From Octopus vulgaris (lineage: Eukaryota), in NCBI GenBank assembly GCA_951406725.2, contig OX597820.1, positions 36,208,001-36,272,000 of the forward strand: a DNA stretch of 64,000 bases, read 5' to 3'. Numbering within the stretch: position 1 is the stretch's first letter; each line of letters opens with the position of its first letter. Positions 1-13,946 of the stretch are shown here, piece after piece. Position numbers and translations under genes: made by a program. The notes beneath the pieces are model-generated. The model saw only the letters and a list, made by a program, of their open reading frames with translations, ran no database searches and was not told where the DNA came from.

Positions 1-945
1 TGCAAAAGTGGGCAGCTGAATTTAGGAGGGGAAGGAGAGTCTTAAAGATGACCTAAGGTCTGGATGTGCAGCAACTGCCATCACTGACAAAAACATTCAT
101 TGTGTTCACCACATGGTGATGGATAACAGGCAATTGACTATAAATCAAATTAACACATCCTGTGAGAAAGTTGAGAATATTCTGCACAATGAACTTGGCA
201 TGACAAAAGTTTCTGCTCAGTGGGTGCCATATCTTCTGACACCTGACCAAAACAGCACCAGGCTGATCATATCACGGGAAAATCTGACATTGTTTGAGGC
301 AGATCCAGCTGATTTCTTTGAATATTTTATAACCAAGGATGAGTATTGGGTTTATCAGTTTGAGCCAGAGACAAAGAGATAATCCATCTGCTCCAAACAA
401 GGTCAATGTTGTTTCATCTGCAAGGAAGGTGGTGACCTCAGTTTTTTGGGATGCAAAAGTCATCATGTTTATTGACTATCTTCAAAAGGGCTTCACTATC
501 AATGGAGAGTACTAAGCCAATTTGCCAGGGCAGTTACAAAAGGCTATTAAGACCAAATGGCCAAAAAGAGTCATGTTTCATCTGGACAATGCTCCAGCAC
601 ACAAGTCCTTGGTTTCAATGGCTGCTACGCATGACAGCATCTTTAAAAAGGTTGATCACCCTCCCTATTCTCCTGATTTGGCCCAATCTGATTATAATCC
701 GTCCCTCCATCATGAAAAAAACTCTTGGCTGGGAACCAGTATCACAGCGATGATGATGTTATATCAACTGTTGATGACAGTTTTTGAGCAACTGAATGAG
801 AGCTTCTTCATGAATGGGATCCAAGCACTGTAACACTGATGGTAGCAGTATGTGAACTGCAAGAGGGACAATGTTGAAAGATAAAACCTCATTTGGTCAG
901 ATTCCACGAGAGTATCTTAGTCATCTTAGTCAGCCTGTGAACTCC
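1..945 (+). mobile_element. Degenerate mariner (Tc1/mariner) transposase, 3' part with terminal region
   Basis: Frameshifted ORFs carry KVSAQWVPYLL (WVP motif), FITKDEYWVYQFEPETKR (first catalytic D), FHLDNAPAH and HPPYSPDLAQSDY. Confidence 0.9.
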
Positions 946-1125
946 TACTGTATGTGTGTAAAATCCAAAATTCTACATAATCCTACTTCAGACTGTGTAT
1001 AATCATCAATCTTTCTTTGTTTGTCTGTCTGACTCTCTTTCTCTACTCCCCCTACCCTCCTCTCTCTCTCTATCTCTATCTCTTTTTCTCTGATTATCTT
1101 TCTGTTTCTCTCTCTTTTTCTGCAG

Positions 1126-1211
1126 TATTTCAATGATGAATATCAAAACACAATTGCAAAAGATTGACGAAGGCTCAGTAGATTGTCTGAAGCGTCTGAA
1201 AGAGACACAAG
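1126..1211 (+). CDS. Internal exon of a coiled-coil protein (CCDC178-like)
   Basis: Long pyrimidine tract ending ttttctgcag; reads ISMMNIKTQLQKIDEGSVDCLKRLKETQ; CAAG|gtacag donor in phase 1 fits the exon at 11133. Confidence 0.6.
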
Positions 1212-1359
1212 GTACAGTAATTCTCAAAGCTATTTCACTTAACATCACTACACACGAAGCCACACTTCCTGCATACCACTGTGTCAGTTTCAAGCCAACT
1301 GAGATCCATAGCAATGACTAACCATGGCTCTTTTTAAACTGATCAGACATTCATACATA

Positions 1360-1545
1360 ACGATTTCAAATTTTGGCTCAAAGCCAACAAGTTCAGGGAA
1401 TGGGATAAGTTGATTACATCAACCCTGAAATGATGAAAGGCAAAGTCAACCTCGGTGGAATTTGCAATTCAGAACATGAAGACAGATGAAATACTGCTCA
1501 GCATTTTGCCTGGTGTGCTAACAATTCTGCCTGCTCATCACCTTT
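1360..1545 (-). mobile_element. tRNA-derived SINE with Meta-type central domain (degenerate)
   Basis: Reverse complement of the gttgactttgcctttcatc motif shared with the copy at 43469. Confidence 0.7.
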
Positions 1546-1557
1546 AGACATTCATGT

Positions 1558-1803
1558 GGAGGCACGTGGCTTAGTGGTTAGGGTGTTGAACTCATGATCG
1601 TAAGGTTGTGGTTTCAATTCCTGGACCGGGCGATGTGTTGTGTTCTTGAGCAAAATACTTCATTTCACATTGCTCCAGTCCACTCAGCTAGCAAAAATGA
1701 GTAATCCTGCGATGGACCGGCATCCCATCCAGGTGAGGAATTTCTACGCCACTGAAACTGGGAAACTGGCCCTTATGAGCCTGGCATGGCTCGAGAAGGA
1801 ACA
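1558..1803 (+). mobile_element. tRNA-derived SINE (second family; related minus copy at about 50700-50944)
   Basis: tRNA-like head with A box tggcttagtgg and B-box-like ggtttcaattcc, followed by a body gtgttcttgagcaa...gcgatggaccgg. Confidence 0.7.
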
Positions 1804-2307
1804 TTTTTATCTATTTTAGACATTCATACATAATAAGTGCTGATTGAGTAAAAATAGATTAAAAGTTCAAATGCTACAATTATATCAAATGTAATTTATC
1901 ATTGTTGTCATCATCATCATCGTTGTTGTCATCATTGTTATCATCATCAGCAGCAGCAGCACCATCAGCAGTATTGTTGTCATCTCTTAATGTCCATCTT
2001 TCATGCTGCATGTGTTGGGTGGTTTGACGGAATCTGCTGGCTCTGAGGATTGCATCATGCTTCAGTGTCTGCTTTGGTGTAGTTTCTCCGACTAGATGCC
2101 CTTCTCAGCACCAACCTTTCTATGGTACAAGTGACATTGGTACTTGTAAGGTCACCACGAAGTTTGAAGGCTAAGATCACCTTTGACTGAATGGGGCTAC
2201 AGAAGAGAGGAAGGTAGTTTTATGCTACAGAAGAAGGGAGTTAAAGTATGAAAGAAGGAGCCAGAGCAGAACAGATTTCTCGCTGTAGAGGGGCTGCATA
2301 GCTACAC

Positions 2308-2341
<34 letters not shown>

Positions 2342-2439
2342 TCACGCACACACATACACACACAAAAGGTTATATATAATATAACCAGTGTTTTTCTTCA
2401 AATTTCGCTTATTTACTAAACAAACAGCATAAAGATCAA

Positions 2440-2478
<39 letters not shown>

Positions 2479-2836
2479 ATAACATCCATTTCCTATGCTG
2501 GCATGGATTTGAGGAGTTATCTTAGTGCAACTGAGTTGCTATTCAGAGTTACTGCCCCTTCCTAGACTAGTCATAGGACTGCATCTTGCTCATACATTTT
2601 GGTTTTGGCTCAATTCCTACAACTGGATGTTCTTATTACCATCCACTTACATTAACTTGTAACTAGAACAACAGGAAAATATGCTTATATTTATCAGTGG
2701 TATTTATTCATTTATGAAAAAATAAAAGACCAGTTATAAGGGAGGAAAATACAAATAATAAAAATATATTAAAAGCAATTTTTACAGAAATCAATTAGTC
2801 TTTGAAAAAAGAAATTTTAATGAAAAAATATGTCTA

Positions 2837-2871
<35 letters not shown>

Positions 2872-3029
2872 ATTGTATGCATGTATATATATTATCATCA
2901 GTGGTATCCTAGATACGCTATATCAGTATAATAGATGGGATGGTCACGAATGGAATGTCTTTAATTTTAAGTGTGTTGGACAAGGTCTGACCTGGAGCTA
3001 AACAGCAACAGAAACAGCAACACCTCTTC

Positions 3030-3335
3030 ACACACTATACTGTGCCATCTGAGCCACTCTACACACGATCTAACACCACTTTGCACCAGATCTAATGCTA
3101 CCCACACCAACTAGTGCTACTTCACACACCACCTAAGGCCACTCCCAAACTACTTAATACCACTCCAGGTACCATTTGATACCCATGCCCATGCTTTCTA
3201 ATACTACTCTGCACTTCATCTAACACCACTCCAAACTCTCATCTAAAACCACTCCCATTCCCATAGTGCTGCTCCACACACAATCTAACACCACACCACA
3301 CCACTCATCATCTAGCATCACACTCCCACACACAG
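3030..3335. repeat. Degenerate ~21 bp minisatellite (cacaccatctaacaccactcc)
   Basis: Recurring atctaacaccact units. Confidence 0.6.
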
Positions 3336-3793
3336 GTTAATGCCTTTCTATAGAGCATCGCACACTCCTTTCTGCTCCTTCCTCATCACTCTCTCCTCAC
3401 TTCCTTTCAATAATAACCACGGTAACAACAATAACGTGATTATAGTACAGAGCAGCAAAAATCTCCAGTTTTGAACACTTTCCCCACCCACCCCAAAACC
3501 ACCCAGTGTTTTTCTTTTTGCTTTCATTTCGTTATTTGTTTTAAAAGTGGAAGTGTGTCTGAAGGAGGAGGGGTGCATTGTGGCAGCAATGCTTCACAAA
3601 GGTAGCTTTCTTGTCAGAATTATCTTCGGCTAATAGACTTTCAAATCTGTTTGGCTTTTTACTAAAAGCAGCCATATATATATATATAGATATATATACA
3701 CACATACATACATACATACATACATACATACATACATACATACATACATACATACATACATACATACATACACATACACGCACATACACACAT

Positions 3794-3833
<40 letters not shown>

Positions 3834-3972
3834 CTGACACTAGATTTCTGTTGTAAGACGAGTATTTATGATGTGTTTTTTGATGGATGTGGATACATAT
3901 AGCACAATGTAAATGAATCTCTGTTCATTTACCCCCAACGTCATCTTTATCATCATCGTTGTCGTCGTCGTT

Positions 3973-4007
<35 letters not shown>

Positions 4008-4591
4008 TATCACCACCACCATCATCATCATCATCGTCATCATCATCATCATATTTGTAGTCAATTTACTATCTGCTTTTCCAGGCTTGCATGCTTTAGG
4101 CATATGTCACTGAGTCAGATTTTCCACACTTCAATGCTTTTTTCCTACCACAAACCCTCTTCCATTTCCAATCAAGGTAACACTTCTCCATAATCGAATA
4201 TGATGAATAACATCACAAGTTGTATAAGAGCAATGCTCATTTACAAATCTCATGTAATGTTTTGCCTATGAGTATTCAGTTGTTTGAACAACCGAGCTAC
4301 TTGTTATTGAATTGTATGTGGCTGAGTATATAGCAGATGCATACACCCTTAAGATAATTCTCAGGCAGCATAAGTGTGATTAAGTCAAAGATGTTTGGAC
4401 CTTGGTTCTATGGAGTTTCAGTCCACTCCATTTCATACATAAAGCATAGGTCAACCGGAATAGATGGTAAAATGCGTTTGCCCAAGATACCATGCATTAA
4501 AATTGGACATGGTATCTCAAGGTTTTTGAAACAAACTTCTAAACCATTTAGAAATAGACTGAACATGTGTATGTGTGTGTGTATGCAAATA

Positions 4592-4634
<43 letters not shown>

Positions 4635-4689
4635 CAACCAGTTGACTGTGAAAATATTTTACCTCAAAAAATGTATGTACATTCTGTGC

Positions 4690-4840
4690 ATTTTCCTCCA
4701 GGCACTTGATGTAGCCCTGTATGTTGAGTCTGAGGCCATGTAGGAAGATGAATGGAGGCATAGCATCACCATCACTAGTGATCACTCCTGACACCATGAT
4801 GTTGACTGGATGTTCATTTTTTATCACTTTTGGTACATGT
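4690..4840 (-). mobile_element. Tc1/mariner-superfamily transposase fragment
   Basis: EHPVNIMVSGVITSDGDAMPPFIF..GLRLNIQGYIKCLEE resembles the segment between the catalytic Ds of DD37D/maT-like transposases. Confidence 0.65.
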
Positions 4841-5152
4841 CCTCAGATTACACTGTCCTCACATTGACACCAAAACACTCTGAAATGTTTGTATTGGAGC
4901 TTCTGGCATGAATACCAAGCAGAACAACATGTTGTTTCCAAATTTCTGGCAGACCGAATTGCAGCATGGGGCTGTCTTTATCACAGACAGTGCCCAAATG
5001 ACCCTACTATACTGTGTAGTTGACAAAATCAAAAACAAACAATGCACTTGCACGAAATTAAAAATATAAAATAGCGACAATTTACCCATTGCACCTTGTA
5101 TTTATATATACATACATACATACATACATATATGTGTGTGTGTATGTGTGTG

Positions 5153-5234
<82 letters not shown>

Positions 5235-6390
5235 ACGGGAAAGTTTACAAAAATAAACAAAAGATGAAGGCAGGTGGAGTACAAACAAACAAATGTATTA
5301 GTATAGCGCTCAGGAATAGAAATAGAAAAAGTCTTTTACATTTCAAGCCTACGCTCTTTGAAAGAAAGATACACAGAAGAAAACAAGGAGAGAAACAGGG
5401 AGAGAAGAAAATGCATGTAGGAGCTAACGATCTATCATATATATATATATAAATACTAGCAAACACACTCATCCTTTGGACAGTTTAAGTTGCTTTGGTG
5501 GTATTTTTTTCACCAAAATATTGAACTGCCAAGAAGGTTTATGAATAGCATGGCAATCTATGTTTCCAATTAACTTAGGAATGGAAAATCAAATTAAATG
5601 CTGGTTATTGTGAAGGTTATTGCACTTTAATGATCATAGAACATATAAGTTTGCAAGCGATGCAAAGTAGAGCTACTGAAGTGTTTTGGGAGTAGATTAG
5701 AGATAATGACTACAAATTATGGTTGTTTTACATGAATGATGAGTGGCGTAATCCTCAGCAGGATCATAGTTGAGTGCCTTTGATGACCATTGACCACTCG
5801 ATGGCTTCCAATAGCCATTGGTAAGAGCCTTCCAGTGAACATTAGACTGAAGTCTCATCATCCAATGGTTATCATCATCTGCCAACCTTGTGGTAGAAGT
5901 GGGTGCATCATTGCATACCTGATGGATAGCACTCTCTTCTGGGGCTTCTTTGGCCCTCACAGCAGAAGTGGATGCAGCATTGCCTGCCCAATGGTTAGCA
6001 CTCTTTTGTAGGGTTTCTGCAGTACAATTTAACAACAACAACAATGAAGATGACAATGATGATGACAAAGACAACAACGATGACAGCAATGGTGGTGGTG
6101 GTGGTGATGGTGAAGATGATGATGATATATACTCTTTCATTGAAGCCGAAAAAAGCTTAACAAACTGTTACTCGGAGTTTCATGTAACTGTTCATCATGC
6201 AGTTGTTATAACACAGACTAGTCTCTATTATCACAGCTATCTCACAAAAAGTTACATGAAACTCCGAGTAACAGTTTGTCAAGGGGTTTTTTTCTTTTTT
6301 TTTTCAACTTCAATGAAATTAGTAATTTACGCTACTTTTGGTATTCGAGTACTAATTTTTTGGGCCTTGTTTTGCACCTATGTGATTACT

Positions 6391-6421
<31 letters not shown>

Positions 6422-6939
6422 GTGCATGTGCGTATGCATGTATGTATGTATCTATGTACGTATATTTTGCACCTACGGGTTACTTACCTTTGTGTGTATG
6501 TGTCTGCGTCTGTGTGTGTGTGTGTATGCATGTATGTATGTATCTACGTATGTGTGTATGTTTTGCACCTATGTGGTTACTAGCCTCTGTGTGTGCATGT
6601 GCGTGTGTGTCTGTATGCATGTGTATGTGTACATGCATGTATGTATGTATGTATGTAGTTAGATTACATAGGTCAATCCAATGGCCTAATATTTTGGAGT
6701 TTCCATGGTGTGTAACCACTTTTTGAGAAAAGGAAAACTTAGATGAGTATTATGGCTCATTACTCTAACAGCAAAAGCAGTGCTGGAAGAAAGAGGGCAT
6801 ATATTTATATATAAATACACCATCTGGTTGGATTACAATATCACATCTGACAGGGGTCAGAAGAAAAGAAAGAGAAGAAAAATTAGTAAAAAAACGAAAA
6901 ATAAAAATAAGCGATAAGGAAAAAATGTGTTTATGTTTG

Positions 6940-7655
6940 AACATGCACACACACACACATACATGCATACATATATGCACATACATAAGCAAACATGTAC
7001 ACAGATATGAACACAGATGCATATACACATGCATACTCACACATGCACACATAAGTGCACTGACATATACACATGCCTCCTCCACCACACACATATGGAC
7101 TCACAGAAACACGCTAACATACACATACATGTATACACACATACACTCACATGCAGATATATGCATAGCTGCACATAAATATACATGCACAAGAAAGAGA
7201 GTGCATAGACAACCAAGCATTCTCTTCTTACACATGCATACTCTCACATACACACAGACACACACATATACACATCCTTGCTCATTCACACATACACATA
7301 TCCTTGCTCACATACACATACACACACCCTTGGTCTCACACACACACATTCAAAGATATGCAGAGGTACGCACACATATGATTCAGGCACAAGAGAAAGT
7401 GCACAAGCACTTTCTTTCTACACACACATACTCATATGCACACACACACATACACACACACACGCACACACACATTCACACACACACACATACACAACTG
7501 CATGCACACACTTGCACACACTCATGTATACAGACACACACACTCACACAAGTACATACCTGCTCTCTCGCACATACACACCACATACACACACACTCTC
7601 ACACATACAAATATGTTCGTTTACACACACACACACACATGCACACTCACATGCT
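6940..7655. repeat. Degenerate (CA)n microsatellite array
   Basis: Direct reading; similar tracts at 6390-6655, 33690-34150 and 50950-51500. Confidence 0.9.
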
Positions 7656-7729
7656 TATGACTTTTCAAACTTATCTCTTTTATTATAGGTTTCTTGTTTT
7701 GTCAGAAATAATTAAGCACGTTCTTCAAT

Positions 7730-8092
7730 TTTTACCTCAGCAAAGGTGGGGGGTATTGTTTTCAGTCACAGTTGTTTGTTTGTTTGTCCAAGGACAAGAC
7801 ATCTTGAGAACCACTGGATGGATTTGGATGAAACTTTCAGGGATGTTTGGCCTCATAACTGGCATGAACTGATTAGATTTTGGGATCAATTTGATACCAG
7901 ACAAGGATTCTGGATAATTTTTCCTGTTTTTTTATTTAATTTTTGAGTACAGTTGGGTTCATTTTTAGTATTCTCATTTGTGAGAGCAGTTGAGTTTATT
8001 TCAGATATTCTCATTTTAAAAATCATCTCTGGCTAACCATTGAGAGGACATTGGTTTTGCCTTGGCAGAGGTTTGTGCTCTCTAAGTACTTT
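7730..8092 (+). mobile_element. Helentron-associated non-autonomous element (HINE/DINE-like)
   Basis: Sub-terminal inverted repeats acctcagcaaagg (7734-7746) and ccttggcagaggt (8060-8072), a short 3' hairpin (8075-8089), a (TGTT)n tract and T-rich flanks. Confidence 0.65.
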
Positions 8093-8384
8093 TGTTATTG
8101 TTGTTGTTGTTGTTATTAACTGCTGGATTAAGACCTCTTCAAAATATGGAGTGAGGAAATGCCTCTCTATAAAAGTAAACACTAAGTGATTATCTTTCTT
8201 TGCCATTGGTCATCAAGCTTTGGCCATGCCACCACCTTATGGTCACCAAAGAACCACGAAAGTAAACAATTGTCTCCCTTCAGCCTTGGCTATTAGCTTC
8301 CAGCTGTAGCATCACCTTGCAGATTCCTAAATGCCAGCAGGAATCTTCTAAAATGCAAGCATGCCCCAAAAATCTCCATCCTCA

Positions 8385-8497
8385 TGTGGTAAGTAGCTTG
8401 CTTACCAACCACGTGTCTTCCACCAAGTGTCTTCTACTATAGCCTTGGGCTGACCAAAGCCTTGTGTGTGGATTTGGTAGATGGAAAGAAGCCCATC

Positions 8498-8551
<54 letters not shown>

Positions 8552-8775
8552 GTGTATGTATATGTTTGTGTGTCTGTGTTTGTCCCCCCCCCCCACAACA
8601 TCGCTTGACAACCGATGCTGGTTTGTTTATGTCCCCGTAAACAAAAGCAGTTTGGCAAAAGAGACCGATAGAATAAGTACCAGGCTTACAAAGAATAAGT
8701 CCTGGGGTCGATTTGTTTGACTAAAGGCAGTGCTCCAGCATGGCCACAGTCAAATGACTGAAACAAATAAAACAA
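8385..8775 (+). mobile_element. tRNA-derived CORE-type SINE (dominant family), internally deleted
   Basis: Matches the copy at 17061-17453: gtggtaagtagcttgc head, (TA)n/(TG)n middle, ccagcatggcc..aaatgactgaaac tail. Confidence 0.85.
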
Positions 8776-8816
8776 ATATATATATATATATGCATACATA
8801 CATATATATATATATA

Positions 8817-10830
8817 TGTTATAGGGAATTAGTAATAATAGTACACCCCTCCCATGTGACGAGTGGAATAAGCCAATCATGATAAGTAAGGTGACGTCCG
8901 TCAGTATCAAGAGAGTATGTATTAGACTGTGTTGAGTGTTGAGAGTTGTATCTGTGCTGATATAGTAATTATACTGTGATACTGAGTGGACGTTATAACA
9001 ATCCAACCTTCTGAGGATAATAACACTGTATGACTGGGTGTCTTACAATGCCAGATAGAAACAGTCTATCAACAACTTCAGAATATAATAATATCAATCA
9101 GAGTGACAACTGTCACACAAAGACAGATAGAACAGTGGCAAAAGACTGCTTTATAACAGTGGTGACAAGGATAAACCAATTCACATGGAGTTAATAGAAA
9201 CTTGTAGGGGAGTTAACAAACTCACAAAAGTTTTTGTTGTGTAAATTTTATGAAAAATCATAAAATTATGGAAGATATGTTGGCTGATTTGCTTGAGTTG
9301 CAAAAATAGCAACAACAACAGTTGAAAGAAGAACAACAACATCTGATACATCTGCAAGAGCAGCAACAGAAGCAACAACAACAATTAATATTACAGCAAC
9401 AAATGCTGCAATTACTGAAGTCATCAAGAAAGCCAGAAAAAGTGTTCTCGCCTGACTTATGTTGCAAATTCAAATATGAATCTGATAAAAGAGTTACCTT
9501 TGAAGCATACTACAGAAGATATGAGCAAATCTTCGAAAAAGTATGTAAAGATTGGGACAACAAGATGAAAGCTCACTTAATCTTGAGAAAACTGGCACCA
9601 ACAGAACAAGAACGATACAGTAATTTTGTACTCCCAAGAGAACCGTCTCACATAAAGTTTAATGACACAATTGGTATATTATGTAAGATTTTCAGTGGAA
9701 AAAGTTCCTTGTTCAACACACAGTGGAAGTGTCTGAACATAGAAAAAAGTAGTAATGAGGACTACATCACAAATGCTGGTGGAGTAAACAGGGAATGCGA
9801 GAAGTTTAAGCTAGATAAATTAACTCCAAACATGTTCAAATGCCTGATTTTTAAACAGAGACTAACTGCCGAAAAGGACACAGAAGCCAGAACTAGAATT
9901 CTTGCAAAGCTGGAGCAAAACCATAATGTAACCCTGCAAAATGTGTCTGAAGAATGTGAAAGGATACTTAAATTAAGACACAACACAGGAAATTGAATGT
10001 AAAAATTGTTTCCAAGAAAAAATCAGTGCAGAATAATCTGAATAGAGATAGTGTGTTTTCTAAAAAAATACAACAAATATCACGATGTAAACCCATGTTT
10101 TGCATGAGGTGGTATGCATCTGAGGAAAAATTGTCCATTAAAAAAAATGGAGTGTTTTCATAGTGGAAATGTAGGACATATAAAGTCGCACTGTAGAACA
10201 AGGATGATAAAACATCAGAACAATGTGAAATAAGTAAATAGTTTGTCTTCGAAAAAAGGGGTAATATCAAGTCATTAAAAATGAAATGTCTGATTTTCTC
10301 ATGCACCAAGTTTGATAGCCATTAACTCTAATGACAATTCTTTGTTTTACAACATTGAAGAGTTACATCATCACTTTTCAAAATGAAATTCATGGTGTCT
10401 GATTATATTGTGAGTTTTCTCTTGTAAATCAACTTTTGTGAACTCACCGATAGATCAAAAATTTGTATTGTTTATGAATATCAGTTCTGTCATGGAACTA
10501 ATGCATCTCAGACAGTTTGAAACATTAATGAGGTGTTTGGCGAATGAGCACACTCTACATCAATGGTTTGAGTAGTTTTGGTCTGGTGACTTCAGTCTTG
10601 AAAATCAGCCCCGTGGTAGAGAGAAGTGGGTACCACACGAACTGAACAAGCATCAAATGACTCAGGGTCAAACAAAAAAGCCTAAGATATATGTATTAAA
10701 ACATTCACTTAATTTATTTGGCACAGAGTGGATACAACCATTTAATTTATGGATACATTCAAAAGTATGTAGAAATATAGGTGCTTCAGTCAAAGGTTCA
10801 AATGAGGCTGAAGGACTGAAACAAAAGAAG
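8817..10830 (+). mobile_element. Decayed Ty3/Gypsy element: 5' LTR 8817-9158, PBS, gag and a protease remnant
   Basis: LTR bounded by TGTTATA...TATAACA; PBS tggtgacaaggat at 9160; gag-like ORF 9322-9996 (FEAYYRRYEQIF, LILRKL, LFNTQWKCLN); protease end NLFGTEW near 10720. Confidence 0.8.
10300..10658 (+). mobile_element. Mariner N-terminal fragment nested in the Gypsy element
   Basis: Translates to ..NEVFG.. and ..FWSGDFSLENQPRGR and KWVPHEL (mariner HTH region and WVPHEL motif). Confidence 0.75.
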
Positions 10831-10943
10831 TGCAGTAAAACATGTGTATATATATATATATATGTGTGTGAGTGTGTATACATATAAATATATACATTCA
10901 TATATATATATACACACATACATATACATACATACACACATTC

Positions 10944-11002
<59 letters not shown>

Positions 11003-11132
11003 TGTATATACATATATACATATATGTGTGTGAGTGTGTGTTTATGCGTGTGTGTGTATACATTTGTATAAATGTATGTACATAATATATGTTCATTGTC
11101 TATTCATGTTATTATATGTTGAACTTCCCTAG

Positions 11133-11206
11133 ATCGAATTAATCAATTATACAACCAACATAAAGAGTTGCAGGATCAGCGCCAGAAAGTTCTCAAAGAA
11201 ATCCTA
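11133..11206 (+). CDS. Penultimate coding exon of a coiled-coil protein (CCDC178-like)
   Basis: cttccctag acceptor and CTA|gtaagt donor; reads (D)RINQLYNQHKELQDQRQKVLKEIL; phase 1 in, phase 0 out. Confidence 0.75.
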
Positions 11207-11347
11207 GTAAGTTCTCCACTCTTTATTTTAAAAACATTGTACCTGTTGTATGAGGGCTATTCAAACAAAAAAACAAGTTTTGTTTGAAAACACAAAAGCT
11301 ATTGCTTCACTTACTTTCACAGGTATCTGTGCATTTCTTGAGTAAAT

Positions 11348-11916
11348 TATTGGGTTGTCTGGAAAGTTCATGCCAATTTTTAAAGAAAGAAAAAGGTCAA
11401 TAAATACTTGCCATTACATTTTTAATCAACCAAATATGAACCATTTTGTTGCACAATGTATCTCCATCTTTCCTTTAACTTGAAAATACCCTCTTCCCAG
11501 AATTGAGGTGGTTTCATGGCAAAGAATTCATCAAGGTATCTTTTTATGTCATCCAAGGAATTGAGATTTTTACCATTAAGACTATTCTGCAGAGACCTGA
11601 ATAAGTGTAAATCCAAAAGAGCAGCATCTGGTGAATGTGGAGGGTGGGGTAACACATCCCAGCCAAGCTGCAGCAATTTTTGTCTGGTTCCCAAAGAATC
11701 AAGTGCCGAAAATGAACTTTATTATCTTCCATTTTAAAGGGTTACAGAATTAACACAGGTTATAGGAACATAAACCTTCTTCCATGAAAAGATAGCTTAA
11801 ACTGTGTTCTAAATGGAGGTGTAGTCAAATCCTATTTTATGGAGTCAACCATGTTCTAAAATAAGTCGAAATGTAAGCTACTATAAATTAGCACAAACTT
11901 TCCAGACAACCAAATA
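11348..11916 (-). mobile_element. Internally deleted mariner with both TIRs and TA flanks
   Basis: TIRs ttgggttgtctggaaagtt / aactttccagacaaccaaa; transposase ends MEDNKVHFRHLILW fused to WDVLPHPPHSPD..LFRSLQNSL. Confidence 0.9.
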
Positions 11917-12189
11917 TTTTGATCATTCTTATTGTTTGAAACTGGTGGTCTCTTAGGGTAGATTTCATGTTCAGGAACAAATGGAACAACTAAGGGATGG
12001 CAAAAGGATAGGAAAGGCATCCAGCCATAAAAAATCTTCCTTAGTGAATTCATTCTGAGCCATCACCTTCATTTTTGAGCTGTTTAGACAAGTATTTTAT
12101 TGTCATGGGGACAATGATAGAACCGCCTGCAACAACTGATTTTTTAATTTCAACAAGCACGGCATAGCTTTAAGTGCGGGTGTTTCCAT

Positions 12190-12620
12190 AGGAACAAGTA
12201 CAACAGTGTAGTTAATAGTTTGTTTCTCAACCACATGATTTTGGGCTCAGTCCCATTACATGGTATTTTATGCAAGTATCTTCTATATAGCTCTGGGCTG
12301 ACTAACGCTTTGTCAGTGGATTTGATAGATGGAGACTAAAAGAAGTCTGTTGTATGTGTGTATGTATGTGTATGTGTGTGTCTGTGTGTGTATTTATATT
12401 TTCTTGCCTTGACATCATGTGATGGTTGTAAGCATCATCATTATACAGGAGGTGTCATTCATTGTCAGTCTTCTATGAAAACATTCTGTCTAGGGGAACT
12501 ATTATCTTGCACAGAAACAGTTAAGGGTTGGTGACAGGAGAGGCATCTGGCCATTGAAAATCTGCATTAGTGAATGAATTCCTTCTGAGCCATGCAAGCA
12601 TGGAAAAAATGGATGTTAAA
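12190..12620 (+). mobile_element. SINE with tRNA/CORE head and RTE-LINE-type 3' tail
   Basis: Head resembles the dominant SINE; the 3' end catgcaagcatggaaaaaatggatgttaaa matches the end of the LINE at 57300-57335. Confidence 0.65.
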
Positions 12621-13388
12621 ACAAGATGGAAGTGGAGGTGGAGGAGGTAGTGGAGTTGGCAGCATTGGCAGCAGTATCAATGGTGATGGTTGAGGGTGGT
12701 GGTGGTGGTGGAGATGGTAATGTTGGTGATGCTGATTGTTGTAGTGGTTGTAATGACAGTGGTGGTTGTACAGATGATAATGGTGGTGATGGTGATGGTG
12801 GTGGTGTTGATGGTACTGATGAAGATCTTATCACTTCTCCTTCCAGGAACAGAAGCAGAAACATTTGAAAGAAAACACAGATCTGGCATCTCGGTACCGC
12901 TGGCAGCAGAATCATCTCATCTACCTACAGTACTGCTTTGTACAGCAGACTGACAAAAACCTTCATTTGGAAGAAACTCTGAATGACCTAAGACAGGTAG
13001 GCTGAGAATCAAGATGTTGTTGTTGTATATAGCTATATACATGTACACACACACGCACACACACACACATACACACACACACGTATTTTGTTGTGTCTGG
13101 AGAGAGTCAGACTGCCTTAATATGTTACACATTCACTGGTTCAAATTCCACTCATTTATTATTTATATATATTTTTTTTCTTTGGACGTTGACAACATCC
13201 ATTGACAAGGTTGCAAAAGCAATGAAAATTTTGGAAGAAAAAAAAAATAAGTGAGTGGAAATTGAACTAGTGAGTGTGTTATATATCAAGGCATATTAAG
13301 GCAGTATGGCTCTCCCCAGACACAACAAAATTTTGTTTCAACACACAAATTCACATAAAGAATTTTGCAAACCAGATACAAAAACGAA

Positions 13389-13485
<97 letters not shown>

Positions 13486-13562
13486 TATATATACATTAAA
13501 TAAAATGAGACAACACAACTAAGGCGGTGTGGAATTCATAGGACATTTATAAAGAGAATAGT

Positions 13563-13611
13563 AGACTTACAGCTATTTCTGGGATATTAGGGACATCCTT
13601 TCATCAGAGAT
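13563..13611 (-). ncRNA. Minimal type I hammerhead ribozyme (intact CUGAUGA and GAAA, weakened stems)
   Basis: Reverse complement reads tctCTGATGAaaggatgtccctaatatcccaGAAAtagctGTAagtc. Confidence 0.65.
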
Positions 13612-13898
13612 GATATGAGAGAGTTAACTAGATGGGATTTATGTCTCCACACTATCTACTTGTAATAACAAAATATGAACTCCTATTGGAATTTACATAC
13701 CATAGACAAGAAGCATTTCTACCCATTCTACATAGCACTTTCCTTGGATAATGGAACTGCAACTGTAACAATCCTACATATATTTTTACTTTTATTTTTA
13801 TTCTCTTATTTCCTTTTATACTTCCTATATCCAACCTTTTCCAGAGTAACTCCTTATATTGAACTCTACTATTTCCCTCTAGTTGACTCTCTCATATC

Positions 13899-13946
13899 GT
13901 CTTTGATGAAGGGATATCCATAATATCCCAGAAACAGCTGTAAGAC
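13899..13946 (+). ncRNA. Minimal type I hammerhead ribozyme (C3 mutated to U)
   Basis: gtct-tTGATGA-agggata..tatccca-GAAA-cagctg-TA-agac: stem I gtct/agac, stem II gggata/tatccc, palindromic stem III. Confidence 0.7.

Noticed and set aside
6146-6267. Possible extra exon AEKSLTNCYSEFHVTVHH
   Set aside because: Weak splice sites, and its phase-0 end does not fit the phase-1 exon at 11133; the flanking exons join without it.
5950-7872. Long ORFs of 258 aa and 315 aa rich in CV/HT/YI
   Set aside because: They are translations of (TG)n, (CA)n and (TA)n microsatellites that lack stops by composition.
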